The position numbers were made by a program, and so were the translations under genes. Below the pieces are notes generated by a model. It was not told the origin of the DNA. It saw only the letters and a program-made list of their open reading frames with translations, and ran no database searches. Positions 20,901 through 28,348 of a stretch of DNA of 32,000 nt are shown one piece after another (positions within the stretch are counted from its first letter, which is position 1; the number at the start of each line of letters is the position of its first letter). The DNA is taken from NCBI GenBank assembly GCA_031256725.1, contig JAIRQE010000004.1:1-32000 (forward strand), given 5' to 3'. Origin of the DNA: Propionibacteriaceae bacterium (GTDB lineage Bacteria; Actinomycetota; Actinomycetes; Propionibacteriales; Propionibacteriaceae).

Positions 20901-21567
20901 CCCGCATGGGTATGACGGTCAGGGCCCTGATCATTCCTCAGCTCGTCTCGAGAGATGGATTCAGTTGAATGCTCATGAGGCTATGACGATCTGTCAGCCT
21001 TCAACCCCAGCGAATTACTTCCATCTTTTGCGATGGCAGGCATATTCACCACACCATAGACCTCTGATTGTGGCGACACCGAAATCCATGTTGCGGAATC
21101 GAATGGCTCAGTCGAACCGTGAAGAATTCATGTCGGGTTCTTGGATGCCTGTTCTTGAAGACACCACCATTGTGGATCCTTCGAAGGTCACAACGGTACT
21201 GCTGTGTTCAGGAAAACTCAGATGGGAACTTGTTGACGCTAGGTCTCGACTTGGTCGGGATTCAGATGTGGCAATCGTGGCGCTCGAACAATTGTGTCCT
21301 GCGCCAGTCGAGAACTTGGCTGATGAACTACGAAAATACCCACACATCTCACAGGTGCGCCACGTGCAAGAGGAACCAGAGAATCAGGGCTCCTGGCCCT
21401 TCATTGACCGGTATTTAGCCGATAGATTGGAGCCACTGTTTCCATGTCAAAGAATTGATGTTGTTGGGGTCCATCGACCAAGTTCTACTGCGCCTGACGT
21501 GGGGTTTCACAATCATCACAAGCGTCAACAAAGGAAACTCATCGAAGCAGCGCTTGCTCAAGAATAA
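17911..21567 (+). CDS. kgd: multifunctional 2-oxoglutarate dehydrogenase/decarboxylase E1 with N-terminal E2-like acyltransferase domain (Kgd/OdhA type)
   Basis: 1218 aa. The N-terminus FGVNQWLIDEM parallels mycobacterial Kgd FGQNEWLVEEM. It has an E2-like catalytic region (TSTYDHHVIQGAQSGEFL), a ThDP E1 core (HGDSAFSGQGVVYETLQM...NNQIGFTT), and a transketolase-like C-terminus. GTG at 17938, preceded by GAGGG, is an alternative start. The gene ends in tandem stops TAA TGA. Confidence 0.95.
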   Translation: MPLGEGDLVVTDTFGVNQWLIDEMRQAWRIDPHSVSRSWGIFFEDEIPHGSQAHNTTQVLGSRGSTEPPLKKASEDCVPHKSSTQASESSTVSPSAELTILRGASLRTAHNMMDSLEIPVATSVRTVPMKLVIDLREQINNHLMLTRGGKVSFTHIIAYAMVRALDENREVTAYFQSDPEAFIIPESVNLGLAIDRTRHDGTRQLLVPVIKGTESMDFTHFHSTYEDLIKRTHAGSLSLGDLTGATVTLTNPGTVGTSHSVPRLMKGQGLILGVGAIDYAPGFKGASPARLSEMGISKVMTLTSTYDHHVIQGAQSGEFLRYIEELLTGHHHFFKQIFESLRIPYAPLTWDTDIATTRQNQVAKTARVVELISAYRSFGHLIADIDPLTYKMRSHTDLELATHGLTLWDLDREFAVGNLGGNPHQYLSLRQILATLQNAYCRTVGVEYSHIANPQVRSWLQERLETVRQPIEHAEHMRILDRLNEAEVFEQFLQKKFVGQKRFSLEGGESTIVILDQICTLAANNSLMEVCIGMSHRGRLNVLANIVGKSYAQIFQEFEEGIEPGSGTGSGDVKYHLGAQGRFLAASGFGIDVSVAANPSHLETVDPVLLGITRAKQDMARLGYRYSVVPILIHGDSAFSGQGVVYETLQMSQLEAYTTGGTIHLVINNQIGFTTAPAQSRSSTYCTDIAKVVQAPIFHVNADDADACVRVARLAFSYRESFHSDVVIDLVCYRKRGHNEGDDPSFTQPAMYDLIENKRSIRTLYTEALIGQGEISSEDAEEAERRYQDRLESVLAQVRLGDDVVIHDDEYLRTPQYPVKTTTGVVQAITEEMMETIAKVHESFPERFTAHPRVGSQLSRRTTMIRKGPLDWATAELLGLGSLALEGKTVRLAGQDSRRGTFSQRLAAIVDRVTNESYVPLKHLSPHQGSFEVYDSLLSEYAALGFEYGYSVASPQAFVIWEAQFGDFANTAQAIIDEFICSGEAKWQQHCGVVLLLPHGYDGQGPDHSSARLERWIQLNAHEAMTICQPSTPANYFHLLRWQAYSPHHRPLIVATPKSMLRNRMAQSNREEFMSGSWMPVLEDTTIVDPSKVTTVLLCSGKLRWELVDARSRLGRDSDVAIVALEQLCPAPVENLADELRKYPHISQVRHVQEEPENQGSWPFIDRYLADRLEPLFPCQRIDVVGVHRPSSTAPDVGFHNHHKRQQRKLIEAALAQE

Positions 21568-21585
21568 TGACGCAAGTTTGCGTCA
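21568..21585. promoter_or_regulatory. 18-bp perfect palindrome directly after the kgd stop (hairpin or dimeric-regulator site)
   Basis: TGACGCAA gt TTGCGTCA. As RNA this gives a 7-bp stem with a 4-nt loop. It lies about 125 nt upstream of whiB1. Confidence 0.3.
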
Positions 21586-21711
21586 AGCCTGACTAGCAAC
21601 CTTGAGTGTTTTTTGCGAATACCCTTGAATTATTCCCAAGTCCATGCCATTCTTGTACGGTTGCGATGTGGGGTCAATGCAATAACCCCACCCCCGTCTT
21701 GAAGGAGGATG

Positions 21712-21963
21712 ATGGACTGGCGTCATCAGGCCGCTTGCCTTACCGAAGATCCAGAGCTCTTCTTCCCGGTGGGTAATACTGGTCCTGCTCTTCTTCAAAT
21801 TGAGGAGGCCAAGAAAGTCTGCACCCGTTGTCCCGTACGCGATAAGTGCCTTCACTGGGCCCTTGAAGCCGGTCAAGATCACGGTGTCTGGGGTGGGATG
21901 AGCGAGGACGAGCGTAGGTCTATGAAGAGGCGCGCAGCTCGTTCCCGTCTACGCATGGGCTGA
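21712..21963 (+). CDS. whiB1: WhiB-family Fe-S transcription factor, WhiB1 orthologue
   Basis: MDWRHQAACLTEDPELFFPVGNTGPALLQIEEAKKVCTRCPVRDKCLHWAL...GVWGGMSEDERR has four Cys and the GVWGG turn. It is nearly collinear with M. tuberculosis WhiB1 as recalled. GGAGG lies at 21704-21708. An ATG at 21709 is also in frame. Confidence 0.93.
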   Translation: MDWRHQAACLTEDPELFFPVGNTGPALLQIEEAKKVCTRCPVRDKCLHWALEAGQDHGVWGGMSEDERRSMKRRAARSRLRMG

Positions 21964-23436
21964 GTAGAGCGGTATCCGTACTATGGCTCTCGCCCCGATC
22001 CCATCTGGATTGGGTACAAGCGAAAACTCGCCATGAAGATCCTGAAGTAGGGTTGTTACGATCGATAGTCCTAAGCTTGTGCGGCTCTTATCATGTACAT
22101 CAAAACCCTCAGGTAGACCCACTCCATTATCGATGACTGCCATCTCTAGACTTCCATCAGGGGTTCTATCTGCCGCAACGATTACTGTACCTAAGCCTGC
22201 AGCTAGACCATGCTCAATAGCATTTTGACATAGTTCAGTCACGACGAGGGATAAGGAGGTGGCCGTCTCTGCTGGAATCTCCCCGAAGCTTCCCTCGCGT
22301 CGCGCATCAACATTTCCTCGTTCTGAGGCAAGATCACTGGTGAGCTTCAAAAGTCGATCAGCAACATCATCGAAGACCACGGAACCAGGCATGGAATGCG
22401 AAAGAATCTCATGAACAACTGCGATTGCTTGTACCCTGGCCATCGCCTCCTCTAGGGCTCCTTGGGCCTCTGTTGACTTCATGCGTCGGGCTTGGAGCCT
22501 CAACAAGGCACTGACCGTTTGAAGGTTGTTCTTCACCCGATGGTGGATTTCTCGGATTGTCGCATCCTTGGTGACTAGCTGTCTTTCCTTCTGCCTCAGT
22601 TCTGTGGTGTCTCGGCACACGACTAAGGTGCCTATGCGCCCTTTCGGTTTCGTCAAAGGCAGGATCCTCATGAAGACCGAAGCCTCGCCAGTATCAATAT
22701 CTGCCTCCTCAGAATGTGGAGACCGGAAATTGGCCATGAGGGAGGTGTCCATAGGATTCCCAGAACGATTCATCAACGATACTGTGAGGGGAACGATCAT
22801 CTCACCGAGAAGATCTGAGGATAAACCCATCTTTCGATAGACCATGACTGCATTGGGGCTCGCGTATTCCACCGCACCATCTGTGTCCAAGAGGATGAGT
22901 CCCTCCCCCACTCGTGGGCTTATTCCACGGAGTCTGCGATGTCCCGAATCTGGGAAGACTCCTCGTGCGACCATGTCGAATAGGATCCCTGCAATGGCAA
23001 GATAGTGGTCCTCCAACTCACCTGGAGCTCGTACCCCCATCTGATTGGTGTGTCTTTCTAAGATTCCCAGACAGCTACAGTCCACCATGAGTGGGATTGC
23101 CCAGACGTCGACTGGTATCCCAGCTTGGATCTTATTATCGGAGGTTTCGCAGATCCGCTGTGTTGAGTAGGCCTGGGAAACCAGATGCTCAGGATTATGC
23201 GAAATGACTTCTCCCACAACATCGTCTTCCAAGGCAGTAGGACCTGTGGCAGGCCTCACTTGTGCGATTGAGTAGAAGGTTTCATCATCTGTACCTGGAA
23301 CCCACAGGATCAGATCGGAGAAAGCCAGGTCGGCAAGGATGTGCCAGTCGTCTATCAAAGCTCCCAGAAATGCGGACTGGATTTCTGTGATTGCGACGTG
23401 AGGTCTCACAGATGCAGGAATTCTCAGCACACTCAC
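21949..23436 (-). CDS. pdtaS: PdtaS-type cytoplasmic sensor histidine kinase (GAF/PAS N-terminus, HisKA_2 plus HATPase C-terminus)
   Basis: 495 aa with no TM segments. KDATIREIHHRVKNNLQTVSALLRLQARR is the H-box as in Rv3220c. It is convergent with whiB1, as in M. tuberculosis. GTG start without an obvious SD. Confidence 0.88.
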   Translation of the reverse strand: MSVLRIPASVRPHVAITEIQSAFLGALIDDWHILADLAFSDLILWVPGTDDETFYSIAQVRPATGPTALEDDVVGEVISHNPEHLVSQAYSTQRICETSDNKIQAGIPVDVWAIPLMVDCSCLGILERHTNQMGVRAPGELEDHYLAIAGILFDMVARGVFPDSGHRRLRGISPRVGEGLILLDTDGAVEYASPNAVMVYRKMGLSSDLLGEMIVPLTVSLMNRSGNPMDTSLMANFRSPHSEEADIDTGEASVFMRILPLTKPKGRIGTLVVCRDTTELRQKERQLVTKDATIREIHHRVKNNLQTVSALLRLQARRMKSTEAQGALEEAMARVQAIAVVHEILSHSMPGSVVFDDVADRLLKLTSDLASERGNVDARREGSFGEIPAETATSLSLVVTELCQNAIEHGLAAGLGTVIVAADRTPDGSLEMAVIDNGVGLPEGFDVHDKSRTSLGLSIVTTLLQDLHGEFSLVPNPDGIGARAIVRIPLYSAHA

Positions 23437-23570
23437 AGCTTATCTGCCATCGAAGGGAGGTACACCACTGGTCCAGATCATAGGGGACCTCATCTGGGCT
23501 GTACTCGCATCACAGCGATGATTATGGCAGAATGATCCTTCGGTTTTGTTTGACATAGAGGAGATTAACC

Positions 23571-23645
23571 ATGGGTAAGGCCGGTCGCCGCCGTAGGGCA
23601 CGCAAAAACTCCAAGGCTAATCACGGCAAGCGTCCACACTCCTGA
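23571..23645 (+). CDS. 24-aa ribosomal protein bL37 (actinobacteria-specific large-subunit micro-protein)
   Basis: ATG at 23571, 7 nt after GAGGAG (23558-23563), with TGA at 23643-23645. It encodes MGKAGRRRRARKNSKANHGKRPHS. Length, basic composition and the ANHGKRP tail match bL37 from mycobacterial ribosome structures as I remember it. It is below the ORF-track size cutoff. Confidence 0.75.
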   Translation: MGKAGRRRRARKNSKANHGKRPHS

Positions 23646-23657
23646 GTCGCGATGTGC

Positions 23658-23915
23658 TTAGACAGATTCCTGTTCTAAGCGGCGTATACGCTCTGTGACC
23701 TTATCGATCAGGGCAGGTGGAGCTGGTTCTGGCTCGTAGGCGTGTTTGACTGCTGATCGGATCATCGTCCAAATCTCAATCTCATTGAGGCATTCTTCGC
23801 ACTGAGAAAGATGCACCCTCATCTGATCGGCGACCTCGTCGTCGAGTTCATTGTCGAGGAAAGCGTTGATCCTCATCATCACGAAGCTGCACATCTGCGA
23901 ATAATCAGCCATCAC
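23658..23915 (-). CDS. rshA: zinc-associated anti-sigma factor (ZAS; RshA/RsrA type)
   Basis: 85 aa with an N-terminal Cys (MCSF) plus HLSQCEEC, which is the H-x3-C-x2-C motif. It lies immediately downstream of sigH, with start and stop overlap (GTGATG over the sigH TGA). Confidence 0.88.
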   Translation of the reverse strand: MMADYSQMCSFVMMRINAFLDNELDDEVADQMRVHLSQCEECLNEIEIWTMIRSAVKHAYEPEPAPPALIDKVTERIRRLEQESV

Positions 23916-24517
23916 TGTCCACCCCCTATTTCGTCCACCCCAATTTCACATAATTCCTGAAGGGCTCGACGTAGTTGAGTCCTTCCTCGACTAAGCCGTG
24001 ACATGACAGTGCCGACGGGTACATCTAGGATATCGGCGATTTCCTTGTAGGCGAAGCCCTCAACATCAGCCAAATACACAGGATAGCGATACTCTTCTTT
24101 CAGCCCTTTCATCGCCACAATAATTCTTGTATCAGTCAAGTGGTTGAGGGCCTCCATCTCCGCAGAAGCGGTAGGAGCCACAGAATGGCGCTCAGCAGCA
24201 GCCAACTGCCAGTCTTCAATATCAGGTGAATCCGAAATCTTAGGAGATCTCTGAGCCTTCCGATAAATATTAATATAGGTATTCGTGAGAATACGGAAAA
24301 GCCAGGCTTTGAGGTTGGTACCTTCTTGGAACTGATGAAAAGCCGTGAAGGCTTTCGCATATGTCTCTTGAACAAGATCTTCAGCATCAGCTTGGTGATG
24401 GGTCAGCTTTAAGGCCCCTGCATATAACTGATCAATGAACGGCAGGGCATCACGTTCAAAGCGGGCGACCTGTTCTTCGCGAGTCTCCGCCATGTCTGTC
24501 ATAGGCTGGATATCCAT
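23912..24517 (-). CDS. sigH: ECF sigma factor, SigH/SigR (thiol-oxidative and heat stress) type
   Basis: [22 protein letters not shown]...[15 protein letters not shown] is region 2 and closely parallels Mtb SigH. The region 4 HTH is [28 protein letters not shown]. The frame is open up to the ATG at 24604 (230 aa). In-frame ATGs at 24517, 24502 and 24493 give lengths closer to known SigH, so the start is uncertain. Confidence 0.88.
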   Translation of the reverse strand: MDIQPMTDMAETREEQVARFERDALPFIDQLYAGALKLTHHQADAEDLVQETYAKAFTAFHQFQEGTNLKAWLFRILTNTYINIYRKAQRSPKISDSPDIEDWQLAAAERHSVAPTASAEMEALNHLTDTRIIVAMKGLKEEYRYPVYLADVEGFAYKEIADILDVPVGTVMSRLSRGRTQLRRALQELCEIGVDEIGGGQ

Positions 24518-24639
24518 TAGGGAAGAGACTACTCCCTTTTCATCCACCTTGACACATTGTTTCGATGTTTCGCTAAAACATTTGGGAAAAAGACTGGGAA
24601 TCATTTCTCTTAGTGACTGGAAGATGGTAGAAAAGATCC

Positions 24640-25176
24640 ATGAGTTTTGTGCGCTTTCTGTGTCGGTCCCTGCTTGCTGGCTATTTCATTGCTGATGGAG
24701 CCCGAGCGGCCTTCGATCCTGAACCTCAGGTAGTCGATGCTGAGCCTCTTGCTGAGAAGGCCACTCAGGTTGCTTATCGGTATCTCCCTGCCGAGGTTGT
24801 TCAATTCGTACCATCGACAACCGAGGGCCTTGTACGCCTACACGGTACGACCCAGGCTGTGGGTGCCCTCATGATGGCAACTGGTCTTTTCCGTCGCCTG
24901 GGTGCGCTGATTGTTGCTGTGAGTTATCTCCCAAAAATCATTATGTCTGGCCGAAAATCCTGGACAAGTACGACCTTCCTGCGTGAACTCGCGCTTTTGG
25001 GTGGAGTACTCATTGAGGTCGGTGACACCCAGGGTAAGCCCAAGAACTCCTGGATTTCTGCTTATCATATGCATGAAGCAGCCCAAGTACGTGCGATAGC
25101 TAAAGAACAGTCCAAGCATCTTTCACGTCGTACCAAAGCATTAGGGGAGGTTTTTGAAACCTCCAAGCGCCCATGA
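24640..25176 (+). CDS. DoxX-like integral membrane protein (tentative)
   Basis: 178 aa with hydrophobic segments and a basic tail. The N-terminal [19 protein letters not shown] pattern resembles actinobacterial DoxX-family proteins from memory. ATGA overlap with aroA suggests co-translation. Confidence 0.5.
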   Translation: MSFVRFLCRSLLAGYFIADGARAAFDPEPQVVDAEPLAEKATQVAYRYLPAEVVQFVPSTTEGLVRLHGTTQAVGALMMATGLFRRLGALIVAVSYLPKIIMSGRKSWTSTTFLRELALLGGVLIEVGDTQGKPKNSWISAYHMHEAAQVRAIAKEQSKHLSRRTKALGEVFETSKRP

Positions 25177-26426
25177 GTTGGTGGCTAGCACCCCATGCCA
25201 GTCGGGTTATTGAATCAGAGATTTCGATACCCGGCTCTAAGTCGGCAACTGCACGTGCCCTCGTTCTTTCTTCCTTAGCTGAGGGACCTGGGTCGATTTC
25301 TGGGCCACTCAAAGCTCGTGACACCTCACTGATGGTTGCTGGGTTACGCTCTTTGGGAGCCACAATCGACGATACCGATCCTGACATGTGGATGATTCAC
25401 CCAATTGATGGCGAGCCACGTCAAGCCCTCATTGACTGTGGGCTGGCGGGTACGGTCATGAGATTCCTTCCACCCATTGCTGCAACGGGTACCCTTCCCG
25501 CCACCTTCGTTGGAGATGACGCCGCCTCATCGCGACCTATGGAACCAATTCTGACTGCACTGCGACAATTGGGGGTCACTGTTGATGGTGACTGTCTTCC
25601 CTTCCAGGTCACGGGGCCAATTCAGAGTCGCGAAGCAGTGATTAACTCAGCACGATCCAGCCAATTCATTTCAGGTCTTCTACTGTCGGCTCCACGCAAC
25701 CCTGAAGGTATTCGTGTGAGCCATCAAGGATCAGCAGTACCCTCTCTCCCCCATATTGATATGACTGTGGCAGCCCTAAAGGCTCGAGGGGTTGAGGTCT
25801 TCCACAAGAAATCCACATGGGAGGTGCAACCCAGCGTCATCAGACCCCTTGAAGAAGTCATTGAACCTGATCTCACAACTGCGGCTGTTTTCCTTGCTGC
25901 GACTCTTGTGACCGGAGGTAAGGTATCTGTACCTCGGTGGCCGAAAAACACGACTCAACCGGGTGCCCATGTCCTCAATATCCTGCGTCAATTTGGTGCT
26001 GATGTTGATGTCTGTGATTCGAATGTGACCGTGTCAGCAACAGGTGACCCCTTCCCAGGAATCACTATTGACCTGTCTCAAACAAGTGAACTGACTCCTG
26101 TGATAGCTGGCCTGTGTGCCCTGGCAGGCTCCCCATCTGTGATTAGCGGGGTTGCTCATATCCGAGGCCATGAGACTGATCGTCTTCTTGCCTTGAGTAC
26201 ACAGATTACTGCCTTGGGCGGAGACTGCCAGGAGACTGAAGATGGACTCATCATTACTCCACGCCCCCTGGTTGGAGGCCGATTCCGCTCCTATGCTGAT
26301 CACCGTATAGCTCATGTGGGAGCCCTGATTGGGCTTAGAGTTCCTGGAGTGATTGTCGACGACATCGAATGTACCTCCAAAACTATGCCAGAGTTCCCAA
26401 CCATCTGGAAAGCAATGGTGCTGTGA
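25173..26426 (+). CDS. aroA: 3-phosphoshikimate 1-carboxyvinyltransferase (EPSP synthase)
   Basis: 417 aa with IPGSKSATARALVLS, CGLAGTVMRFL and RGHETDRL motifs. The neighbourhood matches Rv3227. Confidence 0.95.
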   Translation: MSWWLAPHASRVIESEISIPGSKSATARALVLSSLAEGPGSISGPLKARDTSLMVAGLRSLGATIDDTDPDMWMIHPIDGEPRQALIDCGLAGTVMRFLPPIAATGTLPATFVGDDAASSRPMEPILTALRQLGVTVDGDCLPFQVTGPIQSREAVINSARSSQFISGLLLSAPRNPEGIRVSHQGSAVPSLPHIDMTVAALKARGVEVFHKKSTWEVQPSVIRPLEEVIEPDLTTAAVFLAATLVTGGKVSVPRWPKNTTQPGAHVLNILRQFGADVDVCDSNVTVSATGDPFPGITIDLSQTSELTPVIAGLCALAGSPSVISGVAHIRGHETDRLLALSTQITALGGDCQETEDGLIITPRPLVGGRFRSYADHRIAHVGALIGLRVPGVIVDDIECTSKTMPEFPTIWKAMVL

Positions 26427-27412
26427 GCAGATCGACCAGTGTCTTCTCAGACGATCATGATGGTTTCGGGCGTCCACCAAAACGTACACGACCCCGAACG
26501 AAGGATCGCCCCGACTATGGGTCCTTGCCTATCGGTCGGGTGTTGACCATTGATCGGGGACGCTATCGCTGTGTCGTAGACTCCACCGATGTTACAGCTG
26601 CAAAGGCTCGTGCCTTGGGACGAAAATCCGTCATCGTGGGTGACCTTGTTCGACTCGATGGCGACATATCAGGTGCTACAGGTACCCTCGCACGTATCGC
26701 AGAGGTGGAGGAACGTCGCACAGTTCTACGAAGAACTGCCGATGATGATGATCCCTACGAGCGTCCCATTGTTGCCAACGCCGACCAACTCGTGATTGTG
26801 ACTGCCCTTGCAGACCCGCAACCACGAATGGGAATGATTGATCGTATTCTTGTGGCCGGTTATGATGCTGGACTTGATCCGATCCTTGCTCTCACTAAGG
26901 CTGATCTTGGTTCAGACCAGGTACTCATTGAAGCATACAAGCCACTTGGTATTCCCCATTTCGTCTTGGAACCTAAGGCTGATCTTGATCCCCTGCGTGA
27001 ATGCCTTGCCGATCATGTCTCAGTCTTCATTGGGCATTCTGGTGTGGGAAAATCCACTCTCGTGAATGCTCTCATCCCCGATGCTGACCGCCGTACAGGC
27101 AAGGTCAACGATGTCACCGGAAAGGGCAGGCATGTGTCCACGTCGGCGATGGCCTTGGAGCTTCCCTCTCCTGGCGGCTGGGTCATAGATACCCCTGGAG
27201 TCAGGTCATTCGGTTTGAAACATGTTGATCCTGACCATGTCATTTCAGCTTTCGCTGATCTCGGTGAGATTGCACATGATTGCCCCAGAGGATGTACCCA
27301 TCGACTCAATGAGAGCGAATGTGCTCTTGATGACGCTGTTCAGGTTGGAACCCTGCCACCAGATCGGCTTGCCTCCTTCCGTCGTATGGAGTTGAGTCGT
27401 ACCGATTGGTGA
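26423..27412 (+). CDS. rsgA: ribosome small-subunit biogenesis GTPase RsgA
   Basis: Circularly permuted GTPase with TKADL (G4), GHSGVGKSTL (G1), DTPG (G3) and C-terminal Zn motif CPRGCTHRLNESEC. The track start at 26369 overlaps aroA by 58 nt. An in-frame GTG at 26423 gives a GTGA overlap with the aroA stop and about 329 aa. Confidence 0.9.
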   Translation: MSRSTSVFSDDHDGFGRPPKRTRPRTKDRPDYGSLPIGRVLTIDRGRYRCVVDSTDVTAAKARALGRKSVIVGDLVRLDGDISGATGTLARIAEVEERRTVLRRTADDDDPYERPIVANADQLVIVTALADPQPRMGMIDRILVAGYDAGLDPILALTKADLGSDQVLIEAYKPLGIPHFVLEPKADLDPLRECLADHVSVFIGHSGVGKSTLVNALIPDADRRTGKVNDVTGKGRHVSTSAMALELPSPGGWVIDTPGVRSFGLKHVDPDHVISAFADLGEIAHDCPRGCTHRLNESECALDDAVQVGTLPPDRLASFRRMELSRTDW

Positions 27413-27500
27413 GCCCGTTCTGAGCTCTTCCAGGCTCGAAGATGACCATCATCCGCGATTCACTTACCCGAGAACCAATCCAACCCACTAGCCTTGTGCC

Positions 27501-28343
27501 ATGGCCGATACTCTGATCGACGATCTTCGCTTTGCTCATATGCTGGCTGATGCTGCGGATTCCATCACCATGGATCGATTCCGCGCCCTCGACCTTGATG
27601 TATCCCTTAAAGCCGATTCTACGGCTGTCTCTGACGCTGACAAGGCTGTAGAAGAGACCCTGCGTCGTACTTTGGCCACTGCTCGCCCACGTGATGGATT
27701 CCATGGTGAGGAAACAGGAATATCTGGGTGGGGACCCCGCCGCTGGGTGATTGATCCTATTGACGGTACGGCGAACTATGTGAGAGGGGCCCCTGTGTGG
27801 GCGACGTTGATCGCCTTGTTGGTGGCCGAAGAGCCTGTATTGTCTGTTGTGAGCGCTCCAGCTCTTTCGCGGCGTTGGTGGGCCCATCAAGGTGGTGGTG
27901 CCTTCACCGGTAAAGGCCTCCGTGGGGGACGCAAGATTACAGTCTCCACTGTGGATTGGGTGAAGGACTCCTTCCTGTCCTACTCATCCCTTGGTGGTTG
28001 GGTTGAGTCGGGTCGGGGACGCCAATTTGGTGACCTTCTGCGCTGCGCGGAACGTACCCGTGCCTTCGGTGATTTCTGGTCATATATGCTCGTGGCTGAG
28101 GGTTGCGTAGATGTGGCCTGTGAACCTGAGTTAGCCCTTCACGATATGGCTGCCTTGGTACCCATCGTTGAAGAAGCCGGCGGAAAATTCACCTCTATTG
28201 ATGGAGATCCAGGTCCTGTGGGACCTGGGGCATTAGCGACCAACGGGCGCCTTCATGAGGAGGTACTCGATATGTTGGCTGCAGACCCCGAAGAGGAAAG
28301 GGAAGACTCTCTCGTTATCCCAAGACGAGCTTTGGATGTTTAG
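27501..28343 (+). CDS. hisN: inositol-monophosphatase-family histidinol-phosphate phosphatase
   Basis: 280 aa with GEE and WVIDPIDGTANYVRG metal-binding motifs. Overall similarity is to actinobacterial HisN (Rv3137/Cg0910 type). The ATG has no SD, and a TAGCCT -10-like hexamer ends 6 nt upstream. Confidence 0.8.
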   Translation: MADTLIDDLRFAHMLADAADSITMDRFRALDLDVSLKADSTAVSDADKAVEETLRRTLATARPRDGFHGEETGISGWGPRRWVIDPIDGTANYVRGAPVWATLIALLVAEEPVLSVVSAPALSRRWWAHQGGGAFTGKGLRGGRKITVSTVDWVKDSFLSYSSLGGWVESGRGRQFGDLLRCAERTRAFGDFWSYMLVAEGCVDVACEPELALHDMAALVPIVEEAGGKFTSIDGDPGPVGPGALATNGRLHEEVLDMLAADPEEEREDSLVIPRRALDV

Positions 28344-28348
28344 GCCTT

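Noticed and set aside
21583-21882. 99-aa minus-strand ORF overlapping whiB1
   Set aside because: It is antisense to a near-perfect WhiB1 orthologue and its leader, with no supporting features.
23341-23535. 64-aa plus-strand ORF across the pdtaS start
   Set aside because: It overlaps pdtaS in antisense and ends before the real small gene (bL37). It has no SD.
24518-24640. Searched both strands for a SigH/SigR-type autoregulatory promoter (GGAAT-N17-18-GTT) between sigH and the doxX-like gene
   Set aside because: A GGGAAT occurs at 24596-24601 on the plus strand, but no GTT lies at the required spacing. No GGAAT occurs on the sigH strand. I therefore make no promoter call.
26369-26422. N-terminal 18 codons of the track's rsgA ORF
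   Set aside because: They overlap the last 58 nt of aroA. The in-frame GTG at 26423 gives a classic GTGA coupling and the usual RsgA length.
27306-27890. 194-aa minus-strand ORF
   Set aside because: It is antisense to the rsgA 3' end and the hisN 5' half. It is Arg/Gly/Ser-rich with no homologous pattern.
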